Shown one piece after another: positions 54,845 to 63,365 of a stretch of DNA of 64,000 nt (its first letter is position 1; every line of letters starts with the position of its first letter). The position numbers and the translations under genes were made by a program. The notes under the pieces are model-generated. The model was not told where the DNA came from. It made no database searches and saw only the letters and a program-made list of their open reading frames with translations. The DNA is from Bacilli bacterium (GTDB taxonomy: Bacteria; Bacillota_I; Bacilli_A; RFN20; CAG-826). Location: assembly GCA_024408105.1 (NCBI GenBank), contig JAKSVG010000004.1, positions 1,151 through 65,150 on the forward strand, given 5' to 3'.

Positions 54845-54868
54845 GCAAAGCAATTTTTAATATTCACT

Positions 54869-55627
54869 TTATTTAAACACTGATGGTACATCAGCGATTG
54901 AATCAACTGTTACAGTGTCTTGAAATTTTCTTTCTTTTGATAAAAGAATGCCTAAACTACCAGCAGAGTTAGCCATAATGATATCACTCTCATAAGTATC
55001 TCCAACGACTAACAATCTCTCAGGAGATATTTTTTCTCTAGATGATAAAAGTTCAATCATTAAGCTATTTGGTTTACCAACTATTAAGTCACATTCTCTA
55101 TTTGCACACCATTCAATTGGGGCAGTCATTGCTCCACATCCAGGCATCATTCTTGCATTTTCTCCTGGATAAACTCTTTCACGATTACAAGCAATAATTA
55201 ACTTTGCATGAAGAGCAACTTGCAAAGCTTTTGTTAAGCCAGCATATGTCATCTCTGGATCATAGCCAATAAGAAGGTTTTTAGCGGTTTCTTCTTGATT
55301 AACTACAATTCCTTGTTCAGTAAATTCATCAATTAAATTTTTAGAACCAAAGATATAAATATCTTTCATTCTGCGTTGTTTCGCTACAAGTGATGCTAAA
55401 TAGCCAGATGTTAAAACCTCTTCTAAATGACAGTCAACTCCCATATTAATTAAACGCTCATAGATTTGCTTTCTTGTTTTAGTAGAGTTGTTTGTTGTAA
55501 AGAAAACTTTTTTTCCATTATTTCTAAAAAAAGCGATCGTTTCATTTGCGCCAGGAATAATTTTTGAACCGTAATAAATGGTGCCATCTAAGTCAAACAA
55601 TACTGCGTCAATATCTTTAATATTCAT
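54869..55627 (-). CDS. HAD-IIA (NagD-like) phosphatase
   Basis: 252 aa: AVLFDLDGTIYYG, FFTTNNSTKTR, VGDTYESDI. Confidence 0.8.
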   Translation of the reverse strand: MNIKDIDAVLFDLDGTIYYGSKIIPGANETIAFFRNNGKKVFFTTNNSTKTRKQIYERLINMGVDCHLEEVLTSGYLASLVAKQRRMKDIYIFGSKNLIDEFTEQGIVVNQEETAKNLLIGYDPEMTYAGLTKALQVALHAKLIIACNRERVYPGENARMMPGCGAMTAPIEWCANRECDLIVGKPNSLMIELLSSREKISPERLLVVGDTYESDIIMANSAGSLGILLSKERKFQDTVTVDSIADVPSVFK

Positions 55628-55629
55628 AA

Positions 55630-56265
55630 TTAGCCTCTAATTTTCTTAACAATATCCGAAGCCTCTTTTGCAAGCTTAGCAATAGTGTCAAATTCACCTG
55701 CTTCAATAAGTTCTTTCTTTGCAATCCAAGTGCCACCGCAAGCAAAGATTTTCTTTTCAAGAAGATAATCAACAACATTAGTTGCATTTAATCCTCCTGT
55801 AGGCATGAATTTTAAACTACCGAAAGGTGCTGAAACAGCCTTAATAGCTTTAAGTCCTCCAAATGTTTCTGCAGGGAAAAACTTAACAACTTCAAGATTT
55901 CTTTTAACTGCTTGAGTTAATTCGGATGGTGTTAAGCATCCAGGGAAAACAGGAATATTTTCCTTGATGCAATAATCCACTAATTCTGGATCAAAACCAG
56001 GAGCAACAATAAACTTTGCACCTGCATTAACAGCTTTTTTTACTTGTTCAATAGATAACACTGTTCCTGCGCCAACAAGTATTTCAGGATAGGCCTTTGA
56101 AATTATTCTAATTGATTCTTCTGCAGCGGCAGTTCTAAATGTTATTTCTGCGCATGGCAAATCTCCATCAATCAATGCTTTTGCTAAAGGCAATGCATCC
56201 TTCGTATCGTTAATAACAATAACTGGGACAATTCCAAATTTACTTAATCTTTCTACTATTTCCAT
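55630..56265 (-). CDS. eda: KDPG / 4-hydroxy-2-oxoglutarate aldolase family (Eda-like)
   Basis: 211 aa: CAEITFRT, GAGTVL, VKFFPA (Schiff-base Lys region), MPTGG. Confidence 0.8.
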   Translation of the reverse strand: MEIVERLSKFGIVPVIVINDTKDALPLAKALIDGDLPCAEITFRTAAAEESIRIISKAYPEILVGAGTVLSIEQVKKAVNAGAKFIVAPGFDPELVDYCIKENIPVFPGCLTPSELTQAVKRNLEVVKFFPAETFGGLKAIKAVSAPFGSLKFMPTGGLNATNVVDYLLEKKIFACGGTWIAKKELIEAGEFDTIAKLAKEASDIVKKIRG

Positions 56266-56275
56266 AAGACTCCTT

Positions 56276-57463
56276 TTATTTCTTATATTCCACTTTAAAA
56301 AGTGACATCCTCTTATTTATGAAATATTCTCTTTCTTCATCATTATTAAATGTAAAGAATACCATTCCTAGTTTATCATGAAGATAATCATCAACAACAT
56401 AGTCTTTTTCGTTAAGCATTAATTTATCAAAGCAAAGTTTTTGAAATTCTTCATCAATAATAACTTTATCTATTGTCCCATTATGGTCAGCATATATTCC
56501 CATAAATCCAGACATAATATCTTTGTCCACTAAAGCATTAATGTATTTTGAAGTATCAAGACCGCATTCATTTGCAACAAACCACTCATACATATCAACA
56601 CCGATATCTTTGGATATAACATAGTAGTGATAGTTGCCTAAACAACGTCTCATAGTTTCAAGATAATATGGCTTACCATTCTTAACCATTAGTTGGATAG
56701 TTAAAAATCCATCAGCAACATGGCAAAATTTTGACATTTTATTAACATCATCCCTAATAACAGGAATAAGTTTGTTACTAGTAGATTTACTAACTCTTGC
56801 ATCAAACCACACCATAAATGGATTTAAATATGAATAGTCATTTGTTAGATATGACCATACAACCTTTTCATCTTTGATGAAGCAAATATACGCCATTTGT
56901 TCACCTTCGATATAATCCTCAATTACGACATGTTTAACTTTAGATGCCTTAAAGGCATTAATAACGCCATCAACACCTTCATCAACATTTCGGGAAATGG
57001 AAATACCTTTTCCTCCTCCTAAATCAACAGGTTTGATAATTTGAGGGAATTCACATTTTTTAATGTGCTCAAGAGCTTTATCTAAATCAGTGAACGAATA
57101 TGTTTTAGGTGATGGGAGATTAAGCTCTTCAACCATTTTCTTAAATTCATCTTTTTCATGAAATATTTTTGCGTTTTTCAATGTGTCATGGCCTGGTAGG
57201 TTCATTTTTTCAGCAATATAGGATGATGAAATTGCACCAAAATCATTGCCGCAAGAACAAACAGCGTCAACCTGTTCTTTTTTTGCAACTTCTAAAATTG
57301 CTTCTTTATTTGAATAGTCGCATGGACAATATTTATCTGAATATTTGTGCCCTTCTCCATGAGGATCATTACCAGATGTAATAACAAAATATCCTAGTTT
57401 TTTAGCTGCTTTAATTAATGGTATTTCATTATATGAACCATTAACAAATAAAATCTTTTTCAT
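56276..57463 (-). CDS. ATP-grasp domain protein (carboxylate-amine ligase class)
   Basis: 395 aa: HEKDEFKKMVEELNLPSPKTY, FPQIIKPVDLGGGKGISI, VIEDYIEGEQ, YYLETMRRCLGN. The ATG lies 2 nt after the Ldh_2 stop with a GAGGA SD. Confidence 0.7.
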   Translation of the reverse strand: MKKILFVNGSYNEIPLIKAAKKLGYFVITSGNDPHGEGHKYSDKYCPCDYSNKEAILEVAKKEQVDAVCSCGNDFGAISSSYIAEKMNLPGHDTLKNAKIFHEKDEFKKMVEELNLPSPKTYSFTDLDKALEHIKKCEFPQIIKPVDLGGGKGISISRNVDEGVDGVINAFKASKVKHVVIEDYIEGEQMAYICFIKDEKVVWSYLTNDYSYLNPFMVWFDARVSKSTSNKLIPVIRDDVNKMSKFCHVADGFLTIQLMVKNGKPYYLETMRRCLGNYHYYVISKDIGVDMYEWFVANECGLDTSKYINALVDKDIMSGFMGIYADHNGTIDKVIIDEEFQKLCFDKLMLNEKDYVVDDYLHDKLGMVFFTFNNDEEREYFINKRMSLFKVEYKK

Positions 57464-57465
57464 TA

Positions 57466-58536
57466 TTATTCCTCTATCTTCAAACTAAAACCTGATAATT
57501 CTTCAAGTTGATGCAATCTTTCATAAACATCATCAGGTATCTCTATGTATCCATTACTTTGAGATTTATTATGCTTTTCCCACTCTATTTCTCCAGGTAC
57601 ATAAATTCGATCATTGCCTTCAGCTTTTGGAGAATTATGAAGTGTTTCAATCATATCCTCAATACGCTTTTCAAGAACATTTTTACCACAAACCGCTTCC
57701 GCATTTATAGCAACAAATGTTTGACTAACATTGTTTGGCGCAGTTAAGTTGAAACACCAACTTGGTATATTACCAGACATGCTTGTTTCACTTCCTGTAA
57801 TAATTGATGTGATAATTTCAATAAACATTGCTATGCAATACCCTTTGTGATTACCCATAGGTATTAAAGCACCTTCACTAGGATAATTGCTCGGATCTGT
57901 TGTTGGCACGCCATTTTTATCAACAATCCAATTGTCTGGAATTTTTTCGTTATGTGCTTTGGCACGTAATACTTTTAAGACTGCAACATTTGAACTTGAG
58001 GCATCAAAGAATATAGTTGGTTGGCTAATAGCAGGAGCCGCTAAAGCCATTGGGTTATGTCCCATAACTAAACCTCTAGCGCCTGGAACAGTCATCTGTT
58101 TATCAACATTTGAAAATGCCCCACCAATCATGCCCTGCTCAGCAGCTATGTTAACATAGCATCCTGCAGCCCCAAAGTGGCAGCAATTCTTAACAAACAC
58201 AATCGCAATTCCAGTCTTCTTAGCAAGTTCACACGCTTTTTTCATAGCAAAATCAGATGAAACGAAACCAAGTGTTTGTTTTGCGTCAATGACAGCTAAA
58301 GATGGTAGTTCAAGTTCGATAACTGGTTTATTAGAAAATGAAACGCCGCCAGCGTTCTTCTTATTAATATAATTGAACAAATTTTTTGTTCCATGGGAAT
58401 ATATTCCCCATTTATCTGTTTGAACTAGATGACCAGCAGTGATAGAAGCATCGGCTTCATCCATTCCAAACTTGATTAGTGATTTTTTGCAAAACTCGTA
58501 GAGTTTGCTTTCTTTGATTTTATATATTTTTGACAT
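57466..58536 (-). CDS. Ldh_2-family (malate/L-lactate dehydrogenase type 2) NAD(P)H oxidoreductase
   Basis: 356 aa: DKWGIYSHGTKNLFNYI, NCCHFGAAGCY, MGHNPMALAAPA, IPMGNHKGY. Confidence 0.8.
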   Translation of the reverse strand: MSKIYKIKESKLYEFCKKSLIKFGMDEADASITAGHLVQTDKWGIYSHGTKNLFNYINKKNAGGVSFSNKPVIELELPSLAVIDAKQTLGFVSSDFAMKKACELAKKTGIAIVFVKNCCHFGAAGCYVNIAAEQGMIGGAFSNVDKQMTVPGARGLVMGHNPMALAAPAISQPTIFFDASSSNVAVLKVLRAKAHNEKIPDNWIVDKNGVPTTDPSNYPSEGALIPMGNHKGYCIAMFIEIITSIITGSETSMSGNIPSWCFNLTAPNNVSQTFVAINAEAVCGKNVLEKRIEDMIETLHNSPKAEGNDRIYVPGEIEWEKHNKSQSNGYIEIPDDVYERLHQLEELSGFSLKIEE

Positions 58537-58558
58537 AAATGTTCCTTAACAAACTTTT

Positions 58559-58587
58559 ATTATAGTTTTTTTTCGTATCTAAGACAA
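58559..58587 (-). promoter_or_regulatory. Promoter candidate of the Ldh_2 operon
   Basis: Minus strand TTGTCT-17 nt-TATAAT. The -35 sits in the loop of the hairpin TCGTATC-TTGTCTTA-GATACGA. SD AAGGAA follows. Confidence 0.4.
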
Positions 58588-58647
58588 GATACGAGAAAAA
58601 TGATATAGACCATCAATCAAACGATGTAGCTATTTTAAGCAAAAGGA

Positions 58648-59379
58648 TTATTGGTAATTTACTTTTTCTAAATATAATCCACAAGCTTCAATTTTATATT
58701 GCGTTTGTTTCCTTTCTTTTGAATTAATCAACAATTTAACATCATTAACAGTAAGTTTGCCTAAACCAACTTGCACTAATGTGCCGACAATCATCCTAAC
58801 CATATAACGCATAAAGCCATTCCCAGATAACGTAAATGAAACAATTTCTTTATCTTCATTTATATCAATAGAATAGATATTTCTAATAAAATTAGATTCA
58901 TCTTCTTCTTTAGATGTAAAATTCATAAAATTGTGTTCTCCAACAAATAGCTTTGATGCCTCAATCATTTGGCTAACATTAAGTTTTTGAAGAAACTGGT
59001 AAATATGCTCTTTTTGAAAGACGTCAAATTTACCCGTGTTTATTTTATAAACGTATATTTTACTTATTGCATTAAATCTCGCGTGAAAATCATCTTTAAC
59101 TGCCTTAATTTGAGAAATTTTAATATCAATAGGAAGCAATTTATTCATTGAATACATAAACTTACCTAAATCGCTTATTTCTTTTGAGTCAAAGTGAAAT
59201 GTTTGTCCCTTCGCGTGCACTCCAGCATCCGTGCGACCACTTCCATATATCTTTGTTGGAGTGTTAAGCATTTTAGAAAGAACTTTTTCAATGACTTCTT
59301 CAATACTTAAACCATTTGGTTGGATTTGCCAACCAACATAATTGGTTCCATCATAAGAAACTGTCGCTAGATATCTCAT
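58648..59379 (-). CDS. truA: tRNA pseudouridine(38-40) synthase
   Basis: 243 aa: YDGTNYVGWQIQP, GSGRTDAGVHA. Confidence 0.9.
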   Translation of the reverse strand: MRYLATVSYDGTNYVGWQIQPNGLSIEEVIEKVLSKMLNTPTKIYGSGRTDAGVHAKGQTFHFDSKEISDLGKFMYSMNKLLPIDIKISQIKAVKDDFHARFNAISKIYVYKINTGKFDVFQKEHIYQFLQKLNVSQMIEASKLFVGEHNFMNFTSKEEDESNFIRNIYSIDINEDKEIVSFTLSGNGFMRYMVRMIVGTLVQVGLGKLTVNDVKLLINSKERKQTQYKIEACGLYLEKVNYQ

Positions 59380-60311
59380 TGAATTGCCTTTCTACTTTCA
59401 ACATCGTAGATGCCAAGAAGAATAATATAAGTTAATATTCCACATCCAGCAATGCAGAGCCATGGAATAAAATGGTCAGTATTTAATGTGAAACCGTAAT
59501 GAGACACAATAATAACACCCGCCATAACTGCACCACAAAAAATAAAAGCGAATAAATCAGAAAGATGAAATCTCATCTTGTGGTATCTAGTTCTTTTTGC
59601 TTTTGGGTCGTATCCTCTCGCTTCCATTGCATCAGCAAGTTCTTCACTTCTTTGGAATGCAGAAATAAATAATGGAACGATAAGAGAAATAATTGCTTTA
59701 AACCTAGAAGACATTTTTCCGTGTTTAAAGTCAACACCTCTACTAGCTTGAGCTTTCATAATTCTATCTGTTTCATCAAGAAGAGTTGGAATAAATCTAA
59801 GAGCAATCGAAATTGTCATTGCAACTTCGTGAGCAGGAAATTTAATTAATTTCAAAGGAGTTAAATACCATTCTAATGCGTATGTTAAATCAAGAGGTTT
59901 TGTTGTTGATGTTAATACCATAGTAGTCGACACCATTAAAACAAGACGCAATACAATTTTTAAGCTTTGGAAAATGGCTTCGAAATAAATATTAAAACCA
60001 TTAATTGAGAAGGCAATCATAGATGCATCCTTAGGAGGGATGATTGCGTTTATTAATAAAAGAAACAAAACGACAAACCAAAGAGACTTTAACGAAAGGA
60101 GTAATTGCTTAAATGAAACATGTGAAATAAACATCATTATTAAAACAATTAAGAATAATATTCCTCCCATGATAAATGTTATTTCCCAAGTTGAATATTG
60201 AAAAAACACAGCAACCATAAGAGCAATCAAACAAAAGATTTTATTCCTAGGATCCATTCTATGAATAAACGAGGTATATGGAGAATATCTTCCAAGTGTA
60301 ATCTTAGCCAT
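59376..60311 (-). CDS. ecfT: ECF transporter transmembrane (T) component
   Basis: 311 aa polytopic protein with EcfT-type coupling-helix Arg motifs (ALRFIPTL..., ARG region AMEARGY). Follows ecfA1-ecfA2. Confidence 0.85.
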   Translation of the reverse strand: MAKITLGRYSPYTSFIHRMDPRNKIFCLIALMVAVFFQYSTWEITFIMGGILFLIVLIMMFISHVSFKQLLLSLKSLWFVVLFLLLINAIIPPKDASMIAFSINGFNIYFEAIFQSLKIVLRLVLMVSTTMVLTSTTKPLDLTYALEWYLTPLKLIKFPAHEVAMTISIALRFIPTLLDETDRIMKAQASRGVDFKHGKMSSRFKAIISLIVPLFISAFQRSEELADAMEARGYDPKAKRTRYHKMRFHLSDLFAFIFCGAVMAGVIIVSHYGFTLNTDHFIPWLCIAGCGILTYIILLGIYDVESRKAIQ

Positions 60312-61155
60312 GTTTTACCTCTTTTAATTCTTCAACGAGTGATTCAAGGTTATGAATTTTATCTAAATTCAAAGAATATCCTTTAGAAACAAGCTTTTGA
60401 ACAACCTTTGCAAGCATAGGTGTTTCTAAAGAATATTTACTAACATCATCTAAAAATAAATCACTTGGTTTTCCGACATAACTTACTTTCCCGTCACATA
60501 AGACAATAACATCGCTCGCGTATTCAAAAACAATGTCCATATCATGACTAACAAGAATTATTGTTGTTCCAGATTCATTAAGTTTTTTAAATAGCGAAAG
60601 CATTTCTTTTGAACCCTTAGGGTCAAGACCTGCAGTAGGTTCATCAAGCACCAAAATTTTTGGCTCTAATGCAAGAATACCAGCAATAGAGACGCGTCTT
60701 TTTTCTCCGCCGGAAAGTTCAAATGGAGATTTTTTGAAATATTCTTCACCTATTCCAACTTTCTTTAATGATTCATGAGCAATTTTAATTGCCTCTTCTT
60801 TTTTTATTCCAAAATTCATTGGGCCAAAAGCAACATCTTCCTCAACGCTTTCTTCAAAAAGTTGATTTTCAGAAAATTGGAAGACAATTCCTAAATGCTT
60901 TCTAAGTGGTTGAAGTTTCTTTGTTCTCTCTTTTTTAATAGACGAAATAACAAAGTTATCTACTATTACTTTTCCTTTTGTTGGAAATAATAACCCATTA
61001 AGTTGTTGAATTAATGTTGATTTACCACATCCAGTTTTACCAACTAAACAAGTAAACGAACCATCTTTTATGGTTAAAGAAACATCATTTAAAGCTTCAA
61101 ACTCAATTGGAGACTTAGGCGAATATGTAAAATAAACGTGTTCAAAATTAATCAT
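60304..61155 (-). CDS. ecfA2: ECF transporter ATPase component A2
   Basis: 283 aa: Walker A GKTGCGKST, signature LSGGEKRR, Walker B LVLDEPT. Confidence 0.9.
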   Translation of the reverse strand: MINFEHVYFTYSPKSPIEFEALNDVSLTIKDGSFTCLVGKTGCGKSTLIQQLNGLLFPTKGKVIVDNFVISSIKKERTKKLQPLRKHLGIVFQFSENQLFEESVEEDVAFGPMNFGIKKEEAIKIAHESLKKVGIGEEYFKKSPFELSGGEKRRVSIAGILALEPKILVLDEPTAGLDPKGSKEMLSLFKKLNESGTTIILVSHDMDIVFEYASDVIVLCDGKVSYVGKPSDLFLDDVSKYSLETPMLAKVVQKLVSKGYSLNLDKIHNLESLVEELKEVKHG

Positions 61156-61946
61156 TTTAAATCCTCGCTTATCTTTTCTAATCCATTCGCTTTTAAGGTG
61201 ATTTTTAGCCTTTCCATAAATGGAATATCTAAACCGATTTCAATAAGTCTATCCTTAAAGGAAAGGAGTTCGTTTGGGCATAAATCAAATTCAACCTTTC
61301 CTTGATTTAAAACAATGATGCGATCACTAAGAAAAGCTTCTTCAACATCGTGTGTAATAGAGATAATTGCCATTTTAGGATTTTCTTTTCTTAAAACATT
61401 AATTGTTTCTCTAATCTCACTTTTGCCTTTTGGATCAAGCATAGAGGTTGCTTCATCAAAAATAAGAATGTCTGGTTTCATTGCTAAAATGCCAGCAATT
61501 GCAACTCGTTGCTTTTGACCACCTGAAAGATGCTCTGGTTCTTTGTCTAAGTATTCAAGCATATTAACTTTCGAAGCGAATCTATTAATTATTTCATCCA
61601 TATCCTTTTGGGGGATTTTTCTATTTTCCAAACCAAAAGCAATATCATCTCTAACAGTTGCTCCAATAAATTGGTTGTCAGGATTTTGGAATACTATGCC
61701 GATGTGCTGACGAATCTCTCGAATGTTTTTCTTATTATAAATAAGTCCAAATGCACTTAGAGCGTTCTCATTTGGAGCAAGTAATCCCAAGAGTAACTTC
61801 GCAATTGTAGATTTACCACTGCCATTATGCCCAATAATAGAGGTATAACTTCCTTCATTAACGATAAAAGAAACGTCATTAATGACGTTAGTTTTACCAT
61901 CGTATGAGAATGTTAAATGATTAGCCTCTAGTAATTTCATCGACAA
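61152..61946 (-). CDS. ecfA1: ECF transporter ATPase component A1
   Basis: 264 aa: Walker A GHNGSGKST, signature LSGGQKQR, Walker B LIFDEATS. Confidence 0.9.
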   Translation of the reverse strand: MSMKLLEANHLTFSYDGKTNVINDVSFIVNEGSYTSIIGHNGSGKSTIAKLLLGLLAPNENALSAFGLIYNKKNIREIRQHIGIVFQNPDNQFIGATVRDDIAFGLENRKIPQKDMDEIINRFASKVNMLEYLDKEPEHLSGGQKQRVAIAGILAMKPDILIFDEATSMLDPKGKSEIRETINVLRKENPKMAIISITHDVEEAFLSDRIIVLNQGKVEFDLCPNELLSFKDRLIEIGLDIPFMERLKITLKANGLEKISEDLK

Positions 61947-62415
61947 CTATTTTTAAATCTCTTCCTTCATATTGACGAATCTTAACACCTGCAAGTTCAA
62001 GCATTAATCTAGATGCTTTTGTTTCAGTTGTGTCGTGATATTTATCACATTCGTATACTATTTCTTTTATTCCAGTTTGAATAATTGCTTTCGTACATTC
62101 ATTGCAAGGGAATAAAGTCACATATAAAGTGCAGCCTTTTAAAGCAGCGTTATTTCTTGTATTTAATATAGCGTTAAATTCCGCATGGCAAACATAAAGA
62201 TATTTACTATCAAGACCCTCGCCTTTATTCCATGAAATCTTTGTTTCATCTACACCGATAGGCATTCCATTATAACCATTAGAAACAACTTTATGGTCTG
62301 GGTCAACAATGCACGCACCAACTTTTGTGTTTGGGTCTTTACTACGTAAGGCACTTAATTTAGCCATACCCATAAAATATTCATCCCAATTAATTACTGC
62401 TTTTCTTTCTTCCAT
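61921..62415 (-). CDS. dCMP deaminase (ComEB-type cytidine/deoxycytidylate deaminase)
   Basis: 164 aa: zinc motifs CHAEFNAI and PCNECTKAI. Confidence 0.85.
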   Translation of the reverse strand: MEERKAVINWDEYFMGMAKLSALRSKDPNTKVGACIVDPDHKVVSNGYNGMPIGVDETKISWNKGEGLDSKYLYVCHAEFNAILNTRNNAALKGCTLYVTLFPCNECTKAIIQTGIKEIVYECDKYHDTTETKASRLMLELAGVKIRQYEGRDLKIVVDEITRG

Positions 62416-62443
62416 ATCTGCTCCTTTATATATCTAGTTAAAT

Positions 62444-62611
62444 TTATTTAATGTTAACGATAACAATTATACACGCAATCATAAGTAAAACAATGACTCC
62501 GCAAATTATTAAAACAGTCCAAGGGAAATGATATCCTTGCTCTTGTTTTTGCTCTTTTGTTAGCAATGATTGATCAACATCTAATTTTTCTTCTTCAACT
62601 TTTTTCTTCAT
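62444..62611 (-). CDS. Small single-pass membrane protein (55 aa), not in the ORF track
   Basis: My translation is MKKKVEEEKLDVDQSLLTKEQKQEQGYHFPWTVLIICGVIVLLMIACIIVIVNIK. The ATG lies 1 nt after the upstream stop (TAAAATG) and AAGG lies 7 nt upstream. Confidence 0.45.
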   Translation of the reverse strand: MKKKVEEEKLDVDQSLLTKEQKQEQGYHFPWTVLIICGVIVLLMIACIIVIVNIK

Positions 62612-62612
62612 T

Positions 62613-63365
62613 TTATAGCCTTGCCTTATTCAAATATACTTTATTTATGAGTTTATATAAATAGCTAACAACTAAAGTGTTAAGCGGTATATCAATAAAG
62701 AATACAACACTTTGGAAGAATAAAATAACCATAAAATCAACTTCGAAAAAGATTGATTTAACAATCGTGTTTCCAATAAGCATAATAAATATTTCACTCA
62801 CTAATGAGGTGATTGCAATATTCATCACTGATATATCGCTTGTTTTTTTAAAATGTTTTCCGATGAAATAAATAAGAATCAATGTCGCAAAACATAAAGC
62901 AAAAGAAATAGAGAACACTAAAACTTTTTGATAAGTTTCAAATGTGTGACCACCAAACGAATTATTACATAAGCCATAAATAAGAACAAACACCCATAAA
63001 GCAAAAAGGATAACACCAAAAGAAATGAATTTCATTTTTTCGTTTTTAACTATGTTAAATATCTTGAAAAAGCACCAAGGTAAAATTCCTAAAAGAGTAT
63101 ATATTAATGTAAACCAAGGATTTATTGAATATCCAAGTGCATTAGGGATTAATAATATCCCCAAAATATCACTCGCCCCTCCAACAATACCTCCAAAAAT
63201 TGGACCTAAAGCAATGGAAGCAAAAATAATTAAAGCTGGTCCAAGTGAAATTCTCACAAATGGAAGAACTGGTATGTTTTGAATCGAGAGAAATCTTGTG
63301 AAGATAATTACAAGTGCAAGAACTAAACCAGCTAAACAAATTTTGATAACTGGGTCTTTCTTCAT
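62613..63365 (-). CDS. ECF-type S component, folate-family (FolT-like), with extra C-terminal TM region
   Basis: 250 aa: FTRFLSIQNIPVLPFVRISLGPALIIFASIALGPIFGGIVGGASDILG resembles folate S components. Overlaps the folC stop by 4 nt. Confidence 0.55.
   Translation of the reverse strand: MKKDPVIKICLAGLVLALVIIFTRFLSIQNIPVLPFVRISLGPALIIFASIALGPIFGGIVGGASDILGILLIPNALGYSINPWFTLIYTLLGILPWCFFKIFNIVKNEKMKFISFGVILFALWVFVLIYGLCNNSFGGHTFETYQKVLVFSISFALCFATLILIYFIGKHFKKTSDISVMNIAITSLVSEIFIMLIGNTIVKSIFFEVDFMVILFFQSVVFFIDIPLNTLVVSYLYKLINKVYLNKARL

Noticed and set aside
58571-58599. Hairpin TCGTATC/GATACGA between truA and the Ldh_2 gene as a rho-independent terminator
   Set aside because: On both strands the T-run precedes the stem and an A-run follows it, which is the wrong polarity for an intrinsic terminator. 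It more likely overlaps the downstream promoter.
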